From Patescibacteria group bacterium (GTDB taxonomy: Bacteria; Patescibacteriota; Microgenomatia; 0-14-0-10-38-17): a stretch of 64,000 bases of DNA. Shown piece after piece: positions 39,651 to 47,776 of the stretch (position 1 is its first letter; each line of letters starts with the position of its first letter). Location of the stretch: contig JBMNNJ010000001.1 of NCBI GenBank assembly GCA_050953885.1, positions 399,437 to 463,436 of the forward strand. Direction: 5' to 3'. The notes below the pieces were generated by a model. It saw only the letters and a program-made list of their open reading frames with translations. It did not search any database and was not told the origin of the DNA. The position numbers and the translations under genes are program-made.

Positions 39651-40367
39651 ATGCCCTTTCACCAAACCGCTCTTACCATCTTAATCCTTTGTTTTTCTAC
39701 CGCCTTTTCTTTCCTTTGGGTTAATTCTCCTCTTGCCGCTTATAATCTCCAGCTAATTGCCTTGTTATTAATCTTTACCATAATTTTTTTCAGAAAAAAG
39801 AGAATAGCTACCTTTTGGAAAACTTTAATTGGCTTAACCGCCTTTAATATCGCCGTCCTTTTGCTTATCAGCCAAACTGGCAATCTTAACTCCCCCCTCT
39901 TTTTTCTAATCTATTTTTTCCTCTTGGGTTTAGGTTTTTTAACCACCCCGTCCGCTACTCTTATTATTACCCTAAGCCTCGTCTTTTTCTTCCTCCCCTT
40001 CTCCTCCATCCAAAGCGATTGGCTAAAACTTGGTTCCCTTTTTCTAATTACTCCCCTTTGCTTAATTTTGGGTTGGCAACGCCAAGAAATGGAAGAACAG
40101 GAAAAAATAAATTTAGCCCTAAAGGAAAAAAAGAAGGCTGCTGACCAGGCGCTTAGCCTTCAGGAGACCACCAGCCTCCTTTGGCTAAGCCTAACCTTAA
40201 AAAATAATTTAATCGAGATAACCGAGCTTTTAAACGAAGCCCTAAGCGACGTGGCCCATCTTCCCCTCCATCAAAAAGAAATTCTTCAAAAAGCCTACCG
40301 AAAAAGCAAGCGCCTGCTCAAAGAAAGTGATGCCGTTAAGAGCCTAATTGATCAACAAACCGACTAA
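39651..40367 (+). CDS. Hypothetical multi-pass membrane protein with C-terminal coiled coil
   Basis: About 6 hydrophobic segments including TGNLNSPLFFLIYF; charged helical tail. Confidence 0.7.
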   Translation: MPFHQTALTILILCFSTAFSFLWVNSPLAAYNLQLIALLLIFTIIFFRKKRIATFWKTLIGLTAFNIAVLLLISQTGNLNSPLFFLIYFFLLGLGFLTTPSATLIITLSLVFFFLPFSSIQSDWLKLGSLFLITPLCLILGWQRQEMEEQEKINLALKEKKKAADQALSLQETTSLLWLSLTLKNNLIEITELLNEALSDVAHLPLHQKEILQKAYRKSKRLLKESDAVKSLIDQQTD

Positions 40368-40369
40368 AA

Positions 40370-41491
40370 ATGAAAAAAATCACTTTGATTTTGGCTTCCA
40401 TTCTCGCCACGGTCACTATTATTTCTTTTGTTTTGGTTCTAACCGCTCCCCAAGAGGAAAAACCAATTATCAGCCCTGTGGCTAAAGATTTGGCGGACAA
40501 TTATTCCCCCACTCCCGATCTTAAAGAAGTAAAAACCGCCCAAGCTTATATTGACACTTCGCAGCAATTCTTAGCGCGAGCCGAGGAGCTCTCAAAAAAT
40601 CAAAATCAAAACGAAGAAGATAAAAAGCAAATTTTAACCCTTATCCAAGGGGCCTTGGAAGCCATTAACGAAGGCCTCACCCTTTATCCCCAAGACGATC
40701 GCCTTTGGGCCCAGCGGGCAAAAATCTATCAAGGCATTGCTTCTTTTACTCCCCAAGCGGAAATGGCAGCTTTAGCAGACTTAGAACAAGCCCGCCAACT
40801 TTCCCCCCAAAATCCTAATTACCCTCAAAATCAAAGCTATCTTTGGGCTAAAAATGGTAATTATCAAAACGCCGTTTACTATGCTAATCTTGCCTACCAA
40901 CTTGATCCCACTAATCTTAGCCTCTTAAATAATTTAGGCCAATTACAAATAAAAGCTGGCCAAATTGAAGGGGCGGTAAAAACTTTGCAAAAATTAAGTC
41001 TACTTTTACCAAAAAGCGACCCTTCCTGGGAAAAAGTTAACCAAGAAGTTAAAACCTTAGAAGGCCTTCTGGCGCAAGCCAAAAAAGAAAAAGGCAGCCA
41101 ATTGCAACTAGCCGGAGAAAACCTTAACCAAAAACCGGTAATAGAGGAAACGATCCCCTTGGAGATTCAGATTTCCCCGCAAGAACAAGCAAGAACTGCC
41201 CAAAATCTTATTATCGCCGCGCCAGCGCAAGAGGGAACCGTTAATATTGAGGCTTCCGTTGATCCTAACGCTACCGCGGGCGAGGCAATTATCCCTGCCG
41301 GAGAAGAAGAAATTAAAATCGCCAACAATCATCTTAGCGACAACTGTTCTATCTACTTAGCCCCCCAAGATGATCTTGAGAATCACCTTCTTTTTCTAAA
41401 AACCAAAAATACTGACGAAAAATACTTTACCGCTGCTCTCAATAAACCCCTCCAGAAAGATATTAGATTTAAATGGTGGGTAATAGAATAA
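40370..41491 (+). CDS. Membrane-anchored TPR protein
   Basis: N-terminal TM; TPR-like helices (ARQLSPQNP, AYQLDPTN). Confidence 0.75.
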   Translation: MKKITLILASILATVTIISFVLVLTAPQEEKPIISPVAKDLADNYSPTPDLKEVKTAQAYIDTSQQFLARAEELSKNQNQNEEDKKQILTLIQGALEAINEGLTLYPQDDRLWAQRAKIYQGIASFTPQAEMAALADLEQARQLSPQNPNYPQNQSYLWAKNGNYQNAVYYANLAYQLDPTNLSLLNNLGQLQIKAGQIEGAVKTLQKLSLLLPKSDPSWEKVNQEVKTLEGLLAQAKKEKGSQLQLAGENLNQKPVIEETIPLEIQISPQEQARTAQNLIIAAPAQEGTVNIEASVDPNATAGEAIIPAGEEEIKIANNHLSDNCSIYLAPQDDLENHLLFLKTKNTDEKYFTAALNKPLQKDIRFKWWVIE

Positions 41492-41632
41492 GAAAAGACA
41501 CGAAGGGGAAAAGAACAAACACGAATCTGGAGGGACGCATCACGATGCGCCCTCATATCGGTATGAATCCGCGCCGGTTATTCGTTCATTCGTGTCTATT
41601 CGCTTTTAATTCGCGTTAATTCGCGTTTTACC

Positions 41633-42385
41633 ATGAACCAATATAGACATCTTTTCTTTCTCCTGGCTATTCTTAACTTCTCACTTTTAATCTTTAATTC
41701 GAGCGAAGCAAACGCCCAAACAATGCGTTCCGACAGCTACGAAATTCATATGGGGAATTTTAATATGACCGCCGGCAAAAAGTCTTCCGAAAACTACCAA
41801 GTTGCCGACACCGTTGGCCAAACTGCTTCCGGCCTTTACGAATCCGAAGGTTATCAGGTTGGCGCCGGCTTTTGGTATCTTAAAAGAAAAGTCCCCTTTA
41901 CATTCACCATTTCCGAGATTAACCTTAATTTTGGTTTACTTACCCCCCAAGTTCCCAAGGTGCTTACCAACACCCTCACTGTTTCTGCCGGCGGCGCCGG
42001 CGGTTATCAGGTAAGTGCTTTTGAAAACCATCCCTTAATGTCGGCGGCGGAGAATTATATCCCCGACACCTTAGGCGATAACGGCCAAGCCTCGGAAATC
42101 ACCGCCTCCTCGTGGGTCCAAAATACCACTTATGGGTTTGGCTTTAAAATGGAAGGTGATGATATCCCCGCTGATTTTACCAACCCTGCTTGTCTTCCCA
42201 ATTGTTTTCGCCAGTTTGCCGACCCGACCGCCAGCCCCCCCGAAGAACCGCAAATTGTGATGAGCTCGGTTGATCTGGCCCGCCACGCCGAAGCCACCGC
42301 TTCTTATAAAATTAACATCTCCGGTGACCAGCCGGCCGGCGTTTACCAAAACCAAATTATTTTTATCGCCATTCCTTTATATTGA
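41633..42385 (+). CDS. Secreted hypothetical protein (WxL-like beta domain)
   Basis: Signal peptide; ends YKINISGDQPAGVYQNQIIFIAIPLY. Confidence 0.65.
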   Translation: MNQYRHLFFLLAILNFSLLIFNSSEANAQTMRSDSYEIHMGNFNMTAGKKSSENYQVADTVGQTASGLYESEGYQVGAGFWYLKRKVPFTFTISEINLNFGLLTPQVPKVLTNTLTVSAGGAGGYQVSAFENHPLMSAAENYIPDTLGDNGQASEITASSWVQNTTYGFGFKMEGDDIPADFTNPACLPNCFRQFADPTASPPEEPQIVMSSVDLARHAEATASYKINISGDQPAGVYQNQIIFIAIPLY

Positions 42386-42394
42386 TATATTGAT

Positions 42395-42720
42395 TTGGAC
42401 GAATTCCAAATTATGCCCAACCACCTGCACACCATCATCATTATCAATAATTCTGTAGGGGCGTATTGCCATACGCCCGCCAACAGGAAACAGGCAGCCA
42501 ATACGGGTTTATGCAATAAACCCCTACAAAAACCATGGTATCAATCATCATCAATTGGCCTGGGAGCGATAGTCAGGGGTTTTAAATCGGCCACCACCAA
42601 ACAAATCAACCGATTACGAAATACGCCTCAACAATTGGTTTGGCAAAGAGGATCTTATGAACACATCATTAACCTCAAACCCCTCAACCCCCTGATGTGG
42701 TTAAAAGACGAGGATAATTT
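42395..42720 (+). pseudogene. Relic of REP-associated tyrosine transposase (RAYT/TnpA-REP) with internal REP pair (42455-42527)
   Basis: IMPNHLH (HUH), IVRGFKSATTK, WQRGSYEHII, NPLMW; N-terminus and catalytic-Tyr helix absent. Confidence 0.8.
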
Positions 42721-42739
42721 AGAAAGGCCAAAAAAAATT

Positions 42740-43735
42740 ATGGAAGAAATTAAATCCGCTCCTAATCCGTGTAAATCCATAATTAGTTTTCTTGCTATCA
42801 CCATCCCCTTTTCTTTCTTCTTATTAATGTTGTTGACGCTGCTAATCAAGCCCACTCCCGTTTTCTCCCAATCTTTCTCTCTCTCCCTCTCACCGCCGGT
42901 GGTTGAGGTGATGATGCAACCGGGAAGAAAAGCTACCTACGCCTTCCAGCTTAAAAACAATTCCTCCTCACCAGTAAACCTTCTCCCCAAGATTATCCCT
43001 TTTCAACCCCAAGGAGAACAAGGTCAAGTTAAATATCCCCCAGAAAACGGCAACTGGCCGGGTCAGGACTATTTTTCTTTTTTAAATGCCGACTTGCAAA
43101 TAAATCAGCCCTTCCTGCTTGCTCCCGATGAGGAAATTCAGCTGGTTTTAAAAATTTCCCTTCCTCAAAACGCTCCCGAAGGCGATTATTATCAAAGCCT
43201 TATTTTGGAACAACTCGCCGCTAACACCCCAAACCAAACTCAAACCCAATTGGTAGGCCAAATCGGCAGTCATATTCTTCTCACCGTTTCCTCCTCGGGA
43301 AAACCAAAAAAAGAAGCCGCCATTGTTGAATTTTTCTCCCCTTCTCTTCTTTTTGGCAAAATATTAGATTCTTTTGATGCTCTTAACCTTGAACTTCGGA
43401 TTAAAAATACCGGCCAGGCCTTTTTCAAACCTTTTGGGGAAATTATCATTTTAAATAACAATGAAGAAAAAGTTGCCTCTCTTCCTCTGCGGCCTGACAA
43501 CATTTTAAAAGACACTACCCGCCAAATTTATTGCCAAGAAGGCCCTTGCCGGGCTGATAAGCTGAACTTTCTTGGTCGTTACCAAGCTCAAGTCCAGTTT
43601 ACCGCTGACGAAAACGGCCCGGTTAGCAAACAAGGTTTTATCTTTTGGGTTCTACCAATTAAATTGATGCTGGGGTTGGTTTTAGGACTGCTTTTGGCTA
43701 TTTTTATCTGGTGGGGATATCGGAAGCGGAAATGA
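42740..43735 (+). CDS. Secreted/C-terminally anchored protein resembling WxL-associated DUF916/DUF3324 proteins
   Basis: Signal-like segment, Ig-like beta domains, IKNTG, C-terminal TM + RKRK; in frame with the RAYT relic. Confidence 0.6.
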   Translation: MEEIKSAPNPCKSIISFLAITIPFSFFLLMLLTLLIKPTPVFSQSFSLSLSPPVVEVMMQPGRKATYAFQLKNNSSSPVNLLPKIIPFQPQGEQGQVKYPPENGNWPGQDYFSFLNADLQINQPFLLAPDEEIQLVLKISLPQNAPEGDYYQSLILEQLAANTPNQTQTQLVGQIGSHILLTVSSSGKPKKEAAIVEFFSPSLLFGKILDSFDALNLELRIKNTGQAFFKPFGEIIILNNNEEKVASLPLRPDNILKDTTRQIYCQEGPCRADKLNFLGRYQAQVQFTADENGPVSKQGFIFWVLPIKLMLGLVLGLLLAIFIWWGYRKRK

Positions 43736-43739
43736 TAAA

Positions 43740-44115
43740 AACAAAACACAATATAAGGATAAAAAGAAACATGCTAAGCGCTAAGGTCAAATCTCAAATC
43801 TCAAATATCAAAACTCAAAACTACAACTCAATCCGCCGGCTGGCGGACAAGAATAACGATAATCGCACCTGTCATCCTGACGAAAGTCAGGATCTAATTG
43901 ATTCTGAATCAAGTTCAGAATGACACTAATCGTGGTCGTCATTCCTGAATTAAATTCAGGATGACGCCATTCGTTCATTCGCGTTCATTCGCTTTTAATT
44001 CGCACATCCCAGCAATATAGCAATGTGTTTCCTAATTTCTTAATTTCAGCCCCGCCAGGGCGGGGCGAATTTCTTAATTTCTTTTTTAGCAATTCAACAA
44101 TATCGCAATTTAACC
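43740..44115. repeat. Composite intergenic repeat stack
   Basis: Heptamer array, ATCCGCCGGCTGGCGGA, GTCATCCTGA palindromes, ATTCGC array, AATTTCT array. Confidence 0.85.
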
Positions 44116-45126
44116 ATGAAACAACATTACCTTTTCCTTGCTTTTCTGGTTTTTCTTTCCCTCATCTTTCCTCATCCCACCCTTGCCTCAACCACCGTTC
44201 TCTGGCAGAAAATAAGCGAGGAAGGACCAAAAGAAACAATCGGATCTTCAAGCCAGGAAGTGGCTCTTTCTGCGCTGGTAGGCCAAGGGATTTTTACTAT
44301 TGAAGGCTACTCTTCGCCCGGGGCGACTATTTTTCTCACCAGCTCTCAAGGCAACTTAAGCCCACAAACCGTTAAGGCAGATAAAAACGGCTATTTTATT
44401 TTTAAAAATGTTCTCCTGCCGGTAAACCCCGGCGAGCTTTGGTTTCAAGCCCGCGACCAAAAGGGAAATTTTACTACTCCCTTGGCTATTGCCCAGCCGC
44501 CAAGGGAAGTAGAAAAAATTAAGGATGTTTTCCTTCCTCCCACCTTTTCCCAAACCAAAGGGCAAATAATTACCGGTGAAAATGCTTTTTTATGGGGATA
44601 TAGCCTGCCCGACGCTACCGCCGAAATTTATTTTTTCAAAACCCCCACAAAGAAATGGTGGCAAGCTTTTATCGGCCGACCCGCCCTTGCTTTTGAACCT
44701 CTTAAAATAGAAATTAAAACCGACCAAAACGGCTATTTCGAAGTAAATCTTCCTAATACTGCTCGGGGGCACTACCAAATTTTTGCCTCAAGTCAAAAAG
44801 AAGAAAATCCTTCTCCTAAAAGTAATACCCTCTCATTTCGGATTTTGGGAAAATGCGAAACCTTTTGGTTTTTTCTTAAGGCTTTATTCACACGATTAGC
44901 CTTGTTCCTAAAAAAGATTGTCGCTGATTTACTTTTTTGGATTACGATCGAGCTGATTATCTTAATTTATTTAATCTGGAAAATAAGACAAAAAAAAGAA
45001 TTGCCGCTAACCGTGTCACCACAACAAAACAAGGCCATCATTCCTGAATTAAATTCAGGACAGGCTCTGACGAATCCGCCAGCTGGCAGACAGGATCTAA
45101 CTGATTCTGAATCAAGTTCAGAATGA
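44116..45126 (+). CDS. Secreted/membrane protein with Ig-like repeats; C-terminus derived from repeats
   Basis: Signal peptide; GYSSPGATI..ADKNGYF and GYSLPDATA..TDQNGYF repeats; C-terminal TM. Confidence 0.7.
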   Translation: MKQHYLFLAFLVFLSLIFPHPTLASTTVLWQKISEEGPKETIGSSSQEVALSALVGQGIFTIEGYSSPGATIFLTSSQGNLSPQTVKADKNGYFIFKNVLLPVNPGELWFQARDQKGNFTTPLAIAQPPREVEKIKDVFLPPTFSQTKGQIITGENAFLWGYSLPDATAEIYFFKTPTKKWWQAFIGRPALAFEPLKIEIKTDQNGYFEVNLPNTARGHYQIFASSQKEENPSPKSNTLSFRILGKCETFWFFLKALFTRLALFLKKIVADLLFWITIELIILIYLIWKIRQKKELPLTVSPQQNKAIIPELNSGQALTNPPAGRQDLTDSESSSE

Positions 45127-45240
45127 CGCCCGAGTTATTTTAACAAAATTCAGAATGACGATTGCGCTATCCCTAAATTTATCAGAAATAACGCCCACCA
45201 CAGAATGGCAACACCGAGGGTTACCACCAAAAGAGAAAGC

Positions 45241-45269
45241 TTGACAAAAAAACTTTATTAGTTTATGCT
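45241..45269 (+). promoter_or_regulatory. Sigma70-like promoter
   Basis: TTGACA-17 nt-TATGCT, 7 nt before ATG 45277 (possibly leaderless mRNA). Confidence 0.6.
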
Positions 45270-45276
45270 TTAGGAA

Positions 45277-45708
45277 ATGGCCGAAGAAAAAAAAAGGAGC
45301 TTGGCACCAGTTTTGGCGATCGCCATTGTTTTAATTTTAGTGGGGGTGGCGATGTTCTTATCCCAACAGGAAATTATTTTTCGGGGCCAAGCCTCTCCTT
45401 CCACCACCTATTCTTTGGCCAATTCCTACCTCTTTGGCTCTCCTCTTTCCGCCGCCGCTAATGGTCAGGAAAAAATTAAAGTCAGCGTTTTTCTCCTTAA
45501 CCAACAAGGATTAGGCGTGGATAAAAAACAAATTACCCTAAAAACCCAGCCAAGTGGGGGGTTAAACATCGAAGCCAGCCAACCCACCACCGATAAATCC
45601 GGCCAAGCTATTTTCTATCTTTCTTCCTCCACCCCGGGCAGTTTTGAAATAAGCGCCCAGGTAGAGGGACAGGAGTTCCCCCAAAAAATAAGCGTTCACT
45701 TCCGATAA
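45277..45708 (+). CDS. Big_1 (invasin/intimin Ig-like) domain membrane protein
   Basis: TM; AAANGQEKIKVSV...TTDKSGQAIFYLSSSTPGSFEISAQV. Confidence 0.8.
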   Translation: MAEEKKRSLAPVLAIAIVLILVGVAMFLSQQEIIFRGQASPSTTYSLANSYLFGSPLSAAANGQEKIKVSVFLLNQQGLGVDKKQITLKTQPSGGLNIEASQPTTDKSGQAIFYLSSSTPGSFEISAQVEGQEFPQKISVHFR

Positions 45709-45762
45709 ACCACGGGACACGAAACAAGGAAAAACAAGGAGGATTGCTACATTGTTACGTTT

Positions 45763-45836
45763 GTGGTGGGCGTATTGCCATACGCCCGCCAACAAGAAAC
45801 AGACAACCAAGACGGGTTTATGCAATAAACCCCTAC
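45763..45836. repeat. Second copy of the RAYT-internal REP pair
   Basis: GGGCGTATTGCCATACGCCC...GGGTTTATGCAATAAACCCCTAC, as at 42455-42527. Confidence 0.85.
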
Positions 45837-46539
45837 TTCTCATTTGCGTATTTTTAACAACATTACCTCTAACTACAGGCTTTTTCACGAAAAAATTATC
45901 CGTCTTCTTTCTTTCCCTAAGAATTCCCAATCTCTTCGTTTTTAATCCTTTAAAAACCTCCTTTTAAAAACGGGCAAATAAATGTTTTGGCTGATAAAAT
46001 GATAAAAAAAGAACTGTCGTTTTTTTTATCAATCTCACCTCATCACTGATAAAAAACCGCCCTTTGGCCCAAAAACTCTCTTTTGCTATAATATTTTTGT
46101 GAAAAAAACCAAAATAACAACCAAAAGGCGATAGTCTTATAATAAATTAGATTTTTTGGGGTAATTTTTCCCTTTTTTAAAAAAATTTTTTCTGAATTTT
46201 TTTTGGCAATTTTTCAAAAATTTTTCTGAAATTTTTTTATTTTCTTAAAACTTTTTATTATTTTTTTTCAATTTTTAATTTTTAATAAAAAAATTTAATA
46301 AATTTTAAAAAGTTTTAATAAATTTAAAAAAATCTTTCTTAAGAACCCTACCCTCCTTCTTCTTTCCACTTCTTAATATTAAGATGTCTTAATTTACCTT
46401 TTGATATGCGGCTAAAATTCGCATGAAATTCATGTGAAAAAATACCCGCAAACTTCTGCGGTAATTACTAAAGCTATTTCTCCATTTTTAGGGCCTATCT
46501 AAAACCATCAAAATATATCAACTTTAAAAAATAGGGGAC

Positions 46540-46568
46540 TTGACAAACATTTTATAATAGTGTACGCT
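46540..46568 (+). promoter_or_regulatory. Candidate promoter of the SAM-like / four-helix-bundle / giant-protein operon
   Basis: TTGACA-17 nt-TACGCT with an extended -10 TG nearby. Confidence 0.5.
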
Positions 46569-46627
46569 TTTTATAATTCTGATAATTTATGATAATTTAA
46601 GGCTAAAATTTTATTACCGCAAAAATC

Positions 46628-46717
46628 ATGAACAATCAAAAGGCATCAAACCAAATAGTAGACTTTCTTACTGTTTTTTTGATTTTTTTAATGAGTTTTA
46701 TTTGGCTGTTTATTTAA
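46628..46717 (+). CDS. Small single-TM peptide (29 aa)
   Basis: MNNQKASNQIVDFLTVFLIFLMSFIWLFI; stop 3 nt before the next ATG. Confidence 0.4.
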   Translation: MNNQKASNQIVDFLTVFLIFLMSFIWLFI

Positions 46718-46720
46718 CAT

Positions 46721-47203
46721 ATGCCCCAAACCCTGCTCTCCTCTTTCCGGCTTTATCTTAAAGCCCAAGGGAAAAAGGAAAACACCATCAGGAATTATCT
46801 TCAGGACATTGATCACTTTTTCTCTTGGCTTTCCTCCCAAATTAAAGATTCTTCACTGCAAGCGCTTCTTAACGACCCTAACAAAATAGCTCAAAACATA
46901 ACGGTTAAAAATTTAACTGTCTATCAGCGATTTTTGGAAAAAAATGAAGTTTCCCCTACCACTATCAACCGCCGCCTTTCCTCTCTTCGCCAATTGACAA
47001 AGTTTTTCCTTTCTCAAGGTTGGTTAAAAGAAGACCCAATAAAAAAATTAGCCAATATCTCCATTGAAAAAGAAACCGATAAAACTTCGCAAATTCTGGA
47101 AAAGTTTGCCAAAGCGCTTGAAGAAGAAGGGAAAAGCAAAACCACCATTAGAAATTATCTTTCTGACGTGAAGGGGTTTTTGGAATGGCACGAAAAAGAT
47201 TAA
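46721..47203 (+). CDS. Phage-integrase N-terminal SAM-like (core-binding) repeat protein, no catalytic domain
   Basis: YLKAQGKKENTIRNYLQDIDHF; SPTTINRRLSSLRQLTKF; GKSKTTIRNYLSDVKGF; no R-H-R-Y catalytic region. Confidence 0.85.
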   Translation: MPQTLLSSFRLYLKAQGKKENTIRNYLQDIDHFFSWLSSQIKDSSLQALLNDPNKIAQNITVKNLTVYQRFLEKNEVSPTTINRRLSSLRQLTKFFLSQGWLKEDPIKKLANISIEKETDKTSQILEKFAKALEEEGKSKTTIRNYLSDVKGFLEWHEKD

Positions 47204-47215
47204 AAAGTTAAAAAA

Positions 47216-47776
47216 ATGACCAACAGAATTATTTTGCCTCACGGCAATTATCGTCAGCTTAAATCGTTCCAAACTACAACAATTATTTACGATTTCACGA
47301 TGGCTTTTTGTAATCAATACCGGTCCCTCCTGACTTACAAGAACTACGAGCAAATGATCGGTGGTGCCAGATCGGGTAAGCAAAATATCGCCGAAGGCAG
47401 TCAGGTTTCTGGCACTTCTAAAAAAACAGAGATAAAACTTACCAGCGTTGCCCGTGGGTCACTTGAAGAATTGCTTCAAGATTGCCTTGATTTTCTTCGC
47501 CAAAACAATCTTGTTTTGTGGGATAAAAACGATCCCCGGGCTATTACCATCCGCAAGATTGCTTATAAGCCTGATCGGTCTTATGAGTCCTACAAGTCCT
47601 ATCTTAAAGACCCGGAAAGCGCCGTCAACTGCCTAATTTGCTTAATTCATCAGGCTAATTTTCTTCTTGACCGTCAGCTTGAAGCTTTAGAAAAAGATTT
47701 TTTAGAAAATGGCGGCTTCACTGAAAGGCTTTATCGGGAAAGAAGCGAAGCAAGAAAAAAGCAAAAATATGACTAA
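47216..47776 (+). CDS. Four helix bundle protein with suffix domain (IVP/Avd-like superfamily)
   Basis: EQMIGGARSGKQNIAEGS, ARGSLEELLQD, LLDRQL..LEKDFLENGGFTERLY. Confidence 0.9.
   Translation: MTNRIILPHGNYRQLKSFQTTTIIYDFTMAFCNQYRSLLTYKNYEQMIGGARSGKQNIAEGSQVSGTSKKTEIKLTSVARGSLEELLQDCLDFLRQNNLVLWDKNDPRAITIRKIAYKPDRSYESYKSYLKDPESAVNCLICLIHQANFLLDRQLEALEKDFLENGGFTERLYRERSEARKKQKYD

Noticed and set aside
1547-45200. CRISPR array
   Set aside because: Repeats are degenerate and lack regular unique spacers; no cas genes.
45960-46540. Replication origin or dif site
   Set aside because: I saw no DnaA boxes or dif consensus, and the + strand appears C-rich on both sides.
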